A model generated the notes under the pieces. The model made no database searches, had not been told where the DNA came from, and saw nothing but the letters and a program-made list of their open reading frames with translations. The translations under genes were made by a program, and so were the position numbers. Shown here piece by piece: positions 8,482 to 17,920 of a DNA stretch of 64,000 bases; the first letter of the stretch is position 1, and the number at the start of each line of letters is the position of its first letter. Location: assembly GCA_965223795.1 (NCBI GenBank), contig CBDCXL010000002.1:256001-320000 (forward strand), read 5' to 3'. The DNA comes from Nitrospinales bacterium. Lineage in GTDB: Bacteria; Nitrospinota; Nitrospinia; Nitrospinales; VA-1.

Positions 8482-11400
8482 TCACAGCCAGTTGTTGATC
8501 ATCAGAAACGGCGACCAGAAAAACGGGTGCCGGAATTCCTGGCTCGCCAGCAGCTTTTTCTGCGCCCGCTGCAGGGCCTGGGCCTTGCTCAGGCCGGGGT
8601 TTTTGAGCTGCTGGTAAAACTCGGCGATCAACTGGGTGGTTCCCGCATCACTGATCTTCCACAGGCTGCCCATGGCGCTGCGGGCTCCCGCCTGGATGGC
8701 GACACCGGCCAGTCCCAATGCGGCGCGGTCGTCCCCCGCGGCGGTCTCGCAGGCACTCAGCACCAGCAGCTCAATGGGGTTTTCGCGGGTCCGCGTCGGG
8801 CCGATGAAGGCGCGCAGCTTGTCCATGTGGATTTTCCCGTCGTAGGCGAGCAGGAAATTTTCCTTCTCGCGCCCGGTGAAGCTGCCGTGCGAGGCAATGT
8901 GCACGATGGACATCTCCTTGCTCTTGAGCGCGCTGCCGAAGTTGTTCACGGTGAAGCTCTGGTTCATCAGCAGGTCGCCGCCGTAAATGTTCTTGATGTT
9001 GGCAACTTCCTGCGGAACGGATTCAAGCGCGGAAAAATCCTGCACCGCTTCGCTCAATCCTGCCAGCAGAAGCCGCACGTTATCCCGGTCCAGAGGTTCA
9101 GGCTGGGTCATGGTCAGACTGGGTGTGACGGCGATGGCGAATTTCTCCACCAGGAATTCATCGCCGTCGTTCAGCGCGGACATGGGCACCGAGCGCAGCG
9201 GCCCGTCGGGGACGAACACCAGAGTGTCGCGTCCGGCCTTGTGCAGGTCCATCTCGAACGGCCGGATGAGCCAGTCGTACAGCCTGCGCGCCGAACCGGA
9301 ATGCTGCTCCGCGCCGCGCTCGACGTACTGGCGGAACTTGTGGATCTCCGCGGTGACCACCCGCTGATCGACGGGTGTGGTGAAGCGCCGGATGCCGTCC
9401 GGAAAGCTGACCAGAAGATCCACCCGGTCTCTGAACAAAACGGGATAGACCACTGCGGCGGTTTCCGAAACGCCTTCCAGGTTGACGGTCCGGGTTTCGG
9501 CTTCGCCGAAGCATTCGTCGCGGAAATATTCGCGCAGCTCGGAGGCGCGGAATTTTTCCAGCGTGTCACGCGCTTCAACGAGGAACAGCTGGGACTTGGC
9601 GGGATCTTTCAGGATCGTGCTGGCCTGCACCAGCGCGTCCACCAGGTCCATGTACACGGGCGACACGATCCGGTGAAAGTGTGCGCTTGAGGAACCATAC
9701 TGGACCAGGCTTTCCTGGCGCGTGTCTTCCAGGATCGTCACCGCGCGCCGGTAGGCACGCAGTGCCGGACCGCGCCTGCCCATGGACCAGAGGATCCGCC
9801 CTTCCTGCCACAGCCAGCGGTAGATCAACTCGGGCGCGTTGGCCGTCCGGGCCGAATTGAGTGCGACGCGCGTCACGTACAGCGCCTCGTCGAGCCGGCC
9901 GCGTTTTTTGTACAGCCTGCCGAGGTTGCCGAGGGCGAAGGAGCGGGCGCGAAATTCGTCCAGGGATTTCGAAACCCGGTACGCGCCCATCAGCGATTCG
10001 TACGCCTTGAGCGTGCCGTGCTTCTCGTGCTGTGCGGACGTGTCCGCCAGTTCTTCGTAGGATTTCGCCAGATGGATCCAGATGGCCACCTTCTCGCTGG
10101 AATCTTCCAGCGATCCGGCCCATTTGAAGGCCCCGTCCAGCAATTGACGCACCCGGTCCCTTCTTCCGGCCTTCAGGGCGGCCCGGGCGCCGTTGGACAG
10201 GGCCTTCACGAACTGCACATTCTGGTTGCCGGCCTTGGCGGCGCGCGCGCTCTGCTCGTACACCCTGAGCGCCTGCCTGAATTCCCCTTCGGTGGCGTGC
10301 AGATTGCCAAGGTTGTTGAGCGAGGTGGTGACCAGGGCGGACTGCCCCGTTTCCTGAGCCAGTTTCAGCCCGCGCGTCAACAGGCGTTTGGCGGTCTTGG
10401 AATCGCCCAGCGCGACGTTGGCGTTGCCCAGGCTGGTCAACAGCGAAGCCGCCTGCACCTTGTCTTTGGTTTGCTTCGCGATTTTAAGCGCCTCCTGCAG
10501 CGTCCCGATCGATTCGGAGAATTTCCCCTGAACCTGCTGGGTTTCAGCGAGCTTGCGCAGCGCGTCGCCGCGCGCGGCCTGATTGCCCAAAGAGGCGTAC
10601 AGCTTTGAGGCGCGCTTCCATGCCTCGCCCGCCTTATCGTAGTTGCCGCCGCGAAACGCGCGCGTGCCCTCGGTGAGCGCACGGGCGCTCTCCACCTGCG
10701 GCGCGTTCGTGTCGAACTGTTCCGCCAGCGCGGGTTGCGTACCGGGAGGCAGGGCCGCCACCTCCAGCGCCTGCCCCGCGTTCATGATGTCGGGATGGTA
10801 GGCCATGAGCAGATCTTCCGGCGAGGCCGGGAGACCGCGCCGCTTGACCACGCGCAGCCCGCCGCGCTCGCCGCCTTCCGGCCGGACCCGGCAGGCGGTC
10901 TTGATGTGGTTGTAGGTCTGGTCGAAGACGGTGACTTCCAACGCGAAGTCGATGTCCTCGTCGACGGTCTCGACGGTCCGGGTGTTCTTTTCATCCGGGT
11001 TGCCCTCGCAGCCCTCCGGACATGGCGGGGGGGCGACGACGGGGCTCTGGATGAGCTTCACCGATCGCACTTCGTCGAAACCGCTCACCAGAATCGAGCC
11101 CGACCGGTCACCGGCGTTTTCCGCTTCGAGCACGGTCCCTTCCTGAATGGTGAGCCGGGACGGATCGCTCACCGTTCCGGTGTAACTCATATGGATGCCG
11201 CTTTCGCTGTGAATTTCCGACTCGTTGAGCAGCTTCACGACGGGAGATCGAACTTCGATGCCATTCTGGCGGATTATCCTGCCCCCGGGGAAATGGACAG
11301 GAGCGCTGGAAGTGCTCTCTCCCTCCGACGCGTTTGCAATCAATTCGCTGTCTGAAAGGGTGAACGCCTCACTGGCGTAAACATCAATGGCAAGATGGTT

Positions 11401-14400
11401 TTCCGCACCCCCTCCAACCAATTCCGCGCCGTCAACAACCTGCACCTCATTGCCAACGACCACCAGTTGCCCCGGACTTTCCAATTGAGTCCCCTGAAAC
11501 CGTACCGGCCCGGTTGGATTGCCGAAAAATCCCGCTATAGTTATTGCCCCTGAAGGTTCAAGAATTTCAATCGAACCACTTCCCGGAACTGAAGGACTTC
11601 CCCCAATCGTGATGATTCCACCGCTGCCAGTCGTGTTGCTTCCCGGATTTTCTGAGCTGATTCCCAACTCCGGAAAATTTCGTGGCTGGGCGGCGGCGGT
11701 GACGAAGGCTCCGGCCGTGTCGATCGTCGCGTTGGGGCCGAAGAACACACCACTCGGATTGATGAAGTAGAAGTTGGCTCCGGGAATCTCAGAGATAATA
11801 GCACCGTCGATGGATGAGGCACCGCCCCCTCTGACCTTGCTGATGATATTTGCATAAATCCTTTCACCCGGATTTTTTGTAAATGTGGCGGACTCTCCTG
11901 AAGCGAGATTGAATTCAGAAAAATAGTGGAACAGGTTTTCCCCATCCGCGACCCCCATGTCTTCGGTGATGACATAGTCCGGCCCGGAGGGCTGCACCAG
12001 AGGACCCTCCTCCTCTAACAGTCCGTCCAGCACAATCCCTCCCGGGCCAAAATCAAATTGCTGCGTCGCGTCCGCCAGTGGATCGAGCGGCGTTCCGAAC
12101 ACGATGTCTTCCGCGGCCACTTCGCTGCCGAAACTGCCGATGCGGAATATGTTGATGCGGCCGCCATACTCGCTGCCGCCTTCCACCTTGATCAAGCTGT
12201 CGTCCTTGATGTGAAAGCGGAAGTCGCCCCCGCATTCGCTGCAGGGCTCGATGTCGATGCCGCCGCCTTTTGCGAGATCACCGGTTTTGGAAAGAACGGT
12301 GGATTCGTTCTCAAGCAGCACGTCGGGGGAGCGGATCTCCACCTCGCCTCCCCTGCCATCGCCTGTGGTTTCTGTTTCGATGGTGCTGCCGGAAAGCGCG
12401 AACTCCGTCACCGCGTCCACCAGAATGTCCCCGCCCGGCCCGCCGTGCGGGCTGTAGTTGTCCTCCCCACCCGCGCTCGGCTCAAACCGGGTGGAAGACA
12501 AAAGCGCTGTCTGTTCCTCGATGCTCACCGAAGGGACATCGACGACCACCTCTCCCCCGGCGGCGGTGCCGGTGGTTTCGCTTTCGATCCGGGTCTGCGA
12601 CAGCTCGATGGCTTCATCGGCGGCGATTTTGATGCCGCCGCCCGATCCGCGTTCGTCATCACATCCAACACAGGTGCCTTCGTATTTTGTGGAAGACAAC
12701 ACGGTGGCCCCGTCGAGGTCCACCGTGGCGGCGTAGATTCCTGGATCTTCTGTGTCCTGAATGAAACCGATGTTGATGTTGCCGCCCTTTCCGTATGCGT
12801 CTTCGGTGACCTCCGATTTCACCGTGCCGCCGTTGAGCGCGAACGTTCCCGCGGCAGCCAGCGAGATGTCGCCGCCGTCGCCGTAAGACTGCGTTTCGCT
12901 CAGGATCGTGGAATCGGCGTCCATATTGAGGACCGGCGACTCCACCTGAATCCGCCCTCCTTCGCCGTCTCCCGCGGTTTCCGATTTCACGATGCTGTTC
13001 ACAAGCGAAACTTCGTTTTCGGCTTTGATGAAAACATCGCCGCCGGCCGCGGCCTCCGAACCGGAATCGCCTGCATATTGAGTTGTGGAAACGATGCGGG
13101 TGTCACGGATTGCCACTGTGGAGTCCAGGAACTCCGTGTCCTGGATGAATCCGATGTGGATGTCGCCGCCTTTGCCATGTCCTTTGGCGCCCACGATGGA
13201 TTTGACATTGCCGCCTGTGAGTGCGAAGCCGTCACCAATGGGGCCGGTATTCTCCTGGAAGCGCAGTGCGATGTCACCGCCATCGCCGTAGGATTCGGCG
13301 CGCACCTGAATCGTGGAATCGGCGTCCATAGTGAGATCCGGCGTGCGCACGGTGATGTCACCGCCGCGCTCCTCTCCATAGCTGATCGTTTCCACGGTCG
13401 AAGGATCGGAACCGTCGGCCTTGCCGGACAAAGTGAAACGTTCCTGCGCCACGATGGTGATGCCGCCGCCGCGCCCCGATTCGATGTTGTTGGTGGTCGT
13501 CGTCGCGACCCGGCTGGCATCCTCTATCTCCAGGAGCGGAGCCTCAATCCGGATGTCCCCGCCTTTGCCGCGATCGCCCGAAGTCTGCGTTTCGATTTTC
13601 GTGTTGGTCAATTTGGCGCTGTTGTCTGCCTGGATCAGGATGTCCCCTGCCACTCCCGGTGCCGCTGCAAATGCCTCGACGATGGAGGTTCCGGAAGTTT
13701 CGCCGTCATCCAGCCGGTCGATCGAAGCCCGGATGTTCGAATTCGTCACCTGGATGTCGCCGCCGTTCAACAGAATGGAACCCAGGCCGTTTTCATTGGT
13801 TTCAAGCAGGCTGTCCGTGACATTGAGCGCGCCGTTTGCGGTGAGATGGATCTCGCCTCCCTGATCGACTTCGATGCCCGAACCCGGGCTGGCAGGAGCG
13901 ATCGTCGCTCTTGTGACATCCACCTGGCCGCCGCTCAGGTTCACGCCTTTGTTGAACGCCAGCGTGCTGTCTTCGACCGTGAGCGTGGCGTTGGAGCCTT
14001 CAAAAAAACCGAAGTCAGTTGGTTTTGAAATGGAAAGAACGGAATTCACATTATCGGGAGTGCCAAACACATCTCCGTTTTCAAAATTGATCCAGTTCGC
14101 AGCACCCGCATTGAATGCACCGTCGATATCCAGTTGAGCGTTAGGGCCGAAAACAACACCGGCTGGATTCAGGAACCAGAAATTGGCGTCAGGAATTATG
14201 GAACGCAAGAGACCGTCTATTCTTGACTCATTGCCTCCTGTGACCCGGCTGAGTACATTGTTGACGCCTGTATCCCCTGCAGACAAAGAAAACGTGGCGC
14301 TTTCCGCAGCCCTAATATTGAAGTCTTCAAAGCTGTGAAATAAGTTCCCGTTTTTGATAATTCCAATATCACTTGGAATGCTAAAATTCGGTCCCGATAG

Positions 14401-14517
14401 TTGTCTCCCCGCATTTTCTTCTTTTAAAGTTCCATCCAGTTTGATCTGCCCGGACGCGATCCAGGGGGAAAACACGATAAAGATGAAAAAGCAGAGGGCG
14501 GTGGTTTTTGCTTTCAT
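8482..14517 (-). CDS. TpsA-like exoprotein: two TPS (haemagglutination-activity) domains, beta-helix repeats, TPRs and C-terminal CHAT protease
   Basis: Signal peptide. NLFHSF..F / NPAGVVFGPNA and a second NLFHYF..F / NPSGVFFGPNA. GxGGDIxI repeats, TPRs. CHAT dyad motifs HIASHG and LSACETA, and the HPFFWSPF end motif. Confidence 0.9.
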   Translation of the reverse strand: MKAKTTALCFFIFIVFSPWIASGQIKLDGTLKEENAGRQLSGPNFSIPSDIGIIKNGNLFHSFEDFNIRAAESATFSLSAGDTGVNNVLSRVTGGNESRIDGLLRSIIPDANFWFLNPAGVVFGPNAQLDIDGAFNAGAANWINFENGDVFGTPDNVNSVLSISKPTDFGFFEGSNATLTVEDSTLAFNKGVNLSGGQVDVTRATIAPASPGSGIEVDQGGEIHLTANGALNVTDSLLETNENGLGSILLNGGDIQVTNSNIRASIDRLDDGETSGTSIVEAFAAAPGVAGDILIQADNSAKLTNTKIETQTSGDRGKGGDIRIEAPLLEIEDASRVATTTTNNIESGRGGGITIVAQERFTLSGKADGSDPSTVETISYGEERGGDITVRTPDLTMDADSTIQVRAESYGDGGDIALRFQENTGPIGDGFALTGGNVKSIVGAKGHGKGGDIHIGFIQDTEFLDSTVAIRDTRIVSTTQYAGDSGSEAAAGGDVFIKAENEVSLVNSIVKSETAGDGEGGRIQVESPVLNMDADSTILSETQSYGDGGDISLAAAGTFALNGGTVKSEVTEDAYGKGGNINIGFIQDTEDPGIYAATVDLDGATVLSSTKYEGTCVGCDDERGSGGGIKIAADEAIELSQTRIESETTGTAAGGEVVVDVPSVSIEEQTALLSSTRFEPSAGGEDNYSPHGGPGGDILVDAVTEFALSGSTIETETTGDGRGGEVEIRSPDVLLENESTVLSKTGDLAKGGGIDIEPCSECGGDFRFHIKDDSLIKVEGGSEYGGRINIFRIGSFGSEVAAEDIVFGTPLDPLADATQQFDFGPGGIVLDGLLEEEGPLVQPSGPDYVITEDMGVADGENLFHYFSEFNLASGESATFTKNPGERIYANIISKVRGGGASSIDGAIISEIPGANFYFINPSGVFFGPNATIDTAGAFVTAAAQPRNFPELGISSENPGSNTTGSGGIITIGGSPSVPGSGSIEILEPSGAITIAGFFGNPTGPVRFQGTQLESPGQLVVVGNEVQVVDGAELVGGGAENHLAIDVYASEAFTLSDSELIANASEGESTSSAPVHFPGGRIIRQNGIEVRSPVVKLLNESEIHSESGIHMSYTGTVSDPSRLTIQEGTVLEAENAGDRSGSILVSGFDEVRSVKLIQSPVVAPPPCPEGCEGNPDEKNTRTVETVDEDIDFALEVTVFDQTYNHIKTACRVRPEGGERGGLRVVKRRGLPASPEDLLMAYHPDIMNAGQALEVAALPPGTQPALAEQFDTNAPQVESARALTEGTRAFRGGNYDKAGEAWKRASKLYASLGNQAARGDALRKLAETQQVQGKFSESIGTLQEALKIAKQTKDKVQAASLLTSLGNANVALGDSKTAKRLLTRGLKLAQETGQSALVTTSLNNLGNLHATEGEFRQALRVYEQSARAAKAGNQNVQFVKALSNGARAALKAGRRDRVRQLLDGAFKWAGSLEDSSEKVAIWIHLAKSYEELADTSAQHEKHGTLKAYESLMGAYRVSKSLDEFRARSFALGNLGRLYKKRGRLDEALYVTRVALNSARTANAPELIYRWLWQEGRILWSMGRRGPALRAYRRAVTILEDTRQESLVQYGSSSAHFHRIVSPVYMDLVDALVQASTILKDPAKSQLFLVEARDTLEKFRASELREYFRDECFGEAETRTVNLEGVSETAAVVYPVLFRDRVDLLVSFPDGIRRFTTPVDQRVVTAEIHKFRQYVERGAEQHSGSARRLYDWLIRPFEMDLHKAGRDTLVFVPDGPLRSVPMSALNDGDEFLVEKFAIAVTPSLTMTQPEPLDRDNVRLLLAGLSEAVQDFSALESVPQEVANIKNIYGGDLLMNQSFTVNNFGSALKSKEMSIVHIASHGSFTGREKENFLLAYDGKIHMDKLRAFIGPTRTRENPIELLVLSACETAAGDDRAALGLAGVAIQAGARSAMGSLWKISDAGTTQLIAEFYQQLKNPGLSKAQALQRAQKKLLASQEFRHPFFWSPFLMINNWL

Positions 14518-14535
14518 GTCCGTTAAGCTCCTGGC

Positions 14536-16236
14536 CTAGTCGAAGGTGGCGGTCAGACTCAGATGGATGCCGTTGTCCTGCAGGTCGTGCTCGCTTTTGT
14601 CGGGCACGTCGCGGAACTGGTGCCCCCAGTGAAACTGCAACAGGATGTCGTCCGTGAAGCCGACGCGCGCTCCCAGCCCGGCGCTCAGCAGGGTCTTCTG
14701 GCCGGTGTTGGGCCGGCCGGTGTTCCAGGAATGGCCGGCGTCGGCGAAGGTGAGCAGCTCGACGAAGCTCGCGCCGTTGTTGCGCTGCCACACGGGAACG
14801 CGGATCTCCAGCGAACCGGAGGTGCCGTTGTCGCGCACCAGCTCGTTTTCCCGGTAGCCGCGCACGCTGGCGTGCCCGCCCACCACGAACTGCTCCAACC
14901 CGAGCAGGGGCGAGTCGGAAAGCTGGGCGTCGCCGCGGAAGATGATCTGGGATTTCAGAAAGGGCAGCCGGTGCGCCCACTGCACCTGACCGAGCCAGGT
15001 GAAAAACTCGCCGTCCGGGATGTTGCCGGGGTTCTGTGTCGCTCCCAGAGCATCGAGCCCGAAACTGAACGTGGATCGGGCGGCGAACACCTGATCGGGA
15101 TCGCGGTGCAGGTAATCCTGGCCGAAGCGGAGGACGGCGACTTCGGACACGCCGCTGTCGGGACCGGCCGAAAAGGAGAACGGCGCGCCCAGCAGGAAGG
15201 TCTCGGTGCGGCGGTACTCGCCGGTCAGAAACACGCCGAAGGTGTTGCGGAGCGAACGCACGAGAGGATGCCGGAGGGTGCTGCCGATGGTGTAGGAATC
15301 GCTGTCGATGTCGAGCGCGTCGAACGGCGCTTCCACCACTTCGCCCCAGCCGCGCCGAAAGTGGACGTCCACGGTGGTGTCGTATGTATTGATGGGAATT
15401 TCGTAGAACGCCTCGATGGTGTGCAGCCCCTCGCTGCCGGAATAGGTCGCGGACGCCCGGTCGCCGATGCCGAACACGTTGTCGTGCGCCAGGGTGAGCC
15501 GGCCCCGGTACGCTCCCACCGAAGGCGGCTGGTAGTTGTCGAAGCCCAGCCGCACCTTGAAGGGATTCGCCTCCTTGATGTTGGCGGTGAGCCGGGATTC
15601 GCCGCGCGCATCTCCGGGCAGCAGGTTGGCCTGGAACCGTTCGATCCGCTCGTCGGCCTGGAACAATTGCAGGCGCTTCTCCAGATCGAACACGTTCAAG
15701 GGTTTGCCGGTGAAACGCTGCAACCGGTTTTCAAAATAGCTTTTGCGGAAGCGGCCGTCGGTCTTAATGTCGATGCCGGTCAACTGGCCTTCGATGATCT
15801 GATAGACAAAGATGCCGTCCTTTATTTCCTGCGACGGGATGACGGCTCCGGAGTTGACGTAGCCGCGGCTGATATACGTCGAGGTGATCCGGTCGCGCAG
15901 CTGCTCCAGTTCCGCCAACGAAACTTTACGGTTGAGGTAGGGAGCGGTGAGCGTTCGTATGTCTTCCTGGGTCAGCAGGGTGTTGCCCACCAGTTGAAAC
16001 GCGCGGACGGTGATCTCGGCACCGGCGGACAGGCCTTTGGTGTCGAATCCTTTGGGGATCGCAATGTCGGGAAGAATTTTTTCTTTAACGGGCGGCTGGA
16101 ATGCGGGGAGTTTGGGACGCTGCTCTTGCGGCCGCACGGGGGATTCGTCCTGCCCCAAAAGCAGAACCGGCTTGAGCAGGAGCAGCCCCGAAATGAGGAC
16201 AAATGCTCCGATCGGCCATGCCGTTTTGTTCCGCAT
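14536..16236 (-). CDS. TpsB (ShlB/FhaC/HecB family) outer membrane transporter
   Basis: POTRA motifs (Y.SRGYVNS, IIEG), barrel motif VGGHASVRGY, near-terminal Phe. Directly upstream of tpsA. Confidence 0.92.
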   Translation of the reverse strand: MRNKTAWPIGAFVLISGLLLLKPVLLLGQDESPVRPQEQRPKLPAFQPPVKEKILPDIAIPKGFDTKGLSAGAEITVRAFQLVGNTLLTQEDIRTLTAPYLNRKVSLAELEQLRDRITSTYISRGYVNSGAVIPSQEIKDGIFVYQIIEGQLTGIDIKTDGRFRKSYFENRLQRFTGKPLNVFDLEKRLQLFQADERIERFQANLLPGDARGESRLTANIKEANPFKVRLGFDNYQPPSVGAYRGRLTLAHDNVFGIGDRASATYSGSEGLHTIEAFYEIPINTYDTTVDVHFRRGWGEVVEAPFDALDIDSDSYTIGSTLRHPLVRSLRNTFGVFLTGEYRRTETFLLGAPFSFSAGPDSGVSEVAVLRFGQDYLHRDPDQVFAARSTFSFGLDALGATQNPGNIPDGEFFTWLGQVQWAHRLPFLKSQIIFRGDAQLSDSPLLGLEQFVVGGHASVRGYRENELVRDNGTSGSLEIRVPVWQRNNGASFVELLTFADAGHSWNTGRPNTGQKTLLSAGLGARVGFTDDILLQFHWGHQFRDVPDKSEHDLQDNGIHLSLTATFD

Positions 16237-16888
16237 GCGGAACCCCTGTGGTGGTGGAAAGATGTCTTTCCCGTTCCCTCCAAAAACAGGAATCACATTC
16301 GTTCGTCCGGCTTTGAAATCCGGCGGGCCGACGCGTGACTTCACCCGCGCGCCCCTCTTTCTGTATCCGATGCCCGGAGTCTACATCCTTAAATTCCAAT
16401 GTGTCAAGACTTTATAGGAAATAATCAGAAGGCTGGCGCGGGAGGTCGAGTGAGAGAAACTTTATTCGCCGGGACTTTCAGGAAGATTTTGCCTTAATGT
16501 TTTCAATTAGCAGGAACTCCCGGAAATTCGATCAAGTGAAGGTCAATTTATAGGAATTACGAACTCCTTCGAAGGTATTTATCCCCATCAGGATAGCTTG
16601 GGATTGGGCATCACTCCGGTCCCATCCGGAATGCACGCGTTCTGCGAGTGGATGCAGGGCGGGTGCAAAAGAATAAACGGCCGCACTGCTCAGCTACCGT
16701 ATTCAACATTCAACGCATCCCCGTCCAGCACCCGAAAAATTTTAATGACCGGGAAATCCTGCCCAACGCATGCGTTCCGGTTGCATCAAAACGGAACCGT
16801 GAAAATTTGATTCTCATTTTTTTTCGGATGGTGTAAAGATGAAACAGAAACCGTGGGTTCTTGTTCCACTCTTATCGAGGACGGAATC

Positions 16889-17899
16889 ATGAATCATCCT
16901 GTGCGGGTCGCAGCATCCAGTCTCTGTTTCACTCTCCCAACCGCTTCTCTTATTTTCTTCGCCTTCTATCTGCTTTTGTCCGGCATGCCCGCCTATGCGG
17001 AAACCGGTCCGGCCGCGGGCGCGCCTCCCGATGAGGAAACGCGGTCGGTGGTGGGCCCGGCGGAAGGGTTCTATCCCATGAAGACGGGCGACTCCCTGGA
17101 CACCGCGCGCAGCAAAGCGCTGGAAAACGCCAAGCGGAAATTCCTGAAGATCGCCAGGAACACCCTCCGCTTTCAACTGAACGTGCGCGGCAAACCGCCG
17201 GTTTACGATATCGCCCGAATGGGCCTTGAAGACCTCACCATCCTGAGGCAAAAGGACCTGGGCGTGGTGAAGCCGGGGAACAAGTACCACGTCGCGATCG
17301 AAGCGAAGGTCGTGTACGCCCTGAAGAAAAAACCGGGCGCACAGGCCGCAGCAAAACCCTCAGGAGTGGGTGCGGGCGGCAAGGCCACGACGGTGAAGAC
17401 CCAGACGCATGCGATTCCCAGCGTGCTGTCCGACCCCAACGCGCCGCTCACGGTTAAGGTGTGGACGGAAAAGAAACAGTTCTCGGAAGGAGAGAAGATC
17501 GAGTTTTTCATCCAGGGCAACCGCGATTTTTACGCCCGCATCCTGAACCTGGATTCGGACGGCAACATGATCCAGCTGCTGCCGAACCAGTTCCGCCAAT
17601 CCTCTTTTTTCAAGGGCAAGAAAAAATACCGCATCCCGGACGGCGCGCAGGGGGACCGGTTCTCGATCATCTCCACCCCGCCCTACGGGACGGACACCAT
17701 CGTGACCCTGGCCAGCGAGGTGCCCCTGGGCACGGTCAACCTGACGCCGGTGGGACAGGGACTGGGGCAGTTCAGCGGAACGCGGGAGAGTTTTTCCAAT
17801 ATCGTGACGCGCGGCATGAAGGTGGTGGGAAAGGATGCCAACCGGCCGGTGGGATTTTACGAATCCACCTGGAAATTCCAGACGGTCCCGAAACAATGA
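16889..17899 (+). CDS. Exported DUF4384-like domain protein
   Basis: Signal-like N-terminus. LTVKVWTEKK.F..GEKI.F, QLLPN, YRIP and PPYGTD motifs. Confidence 0.75.
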   Translation: MNHPVRVAASSLCFTLPTASLIFFAFYLLLSGMPAYAETGPAAGAPPDEETRSVVGPAEGFYPMKTGDSLDTARSKALENAKRKFLKIARNTLRFQLNVRGKPPVYDIARMGLEDLTILRQKDLGVVKPGNKYHVAIEAKVVYALKKKPGAQAAAKPSGVGAGGKATTVKTQTHAIPSVLSDPNAPLTVKVWTEKKQFSEGEKIEFFIQGNRDFYARILNLDSDGNMIQLLPNQFRQSSFFKGKKKYRIPDGAQGDRFSIISTPPYGTDTIVTLASEVPLGTVNLTPVGQGLGQFSGTRESFSNIVTRGMKVVGKDANRPVGFYESTWKFQTVPKQ

Positions 17900-17920
17900 G
17901 ACCGGCCGGGGAAACCTGCA

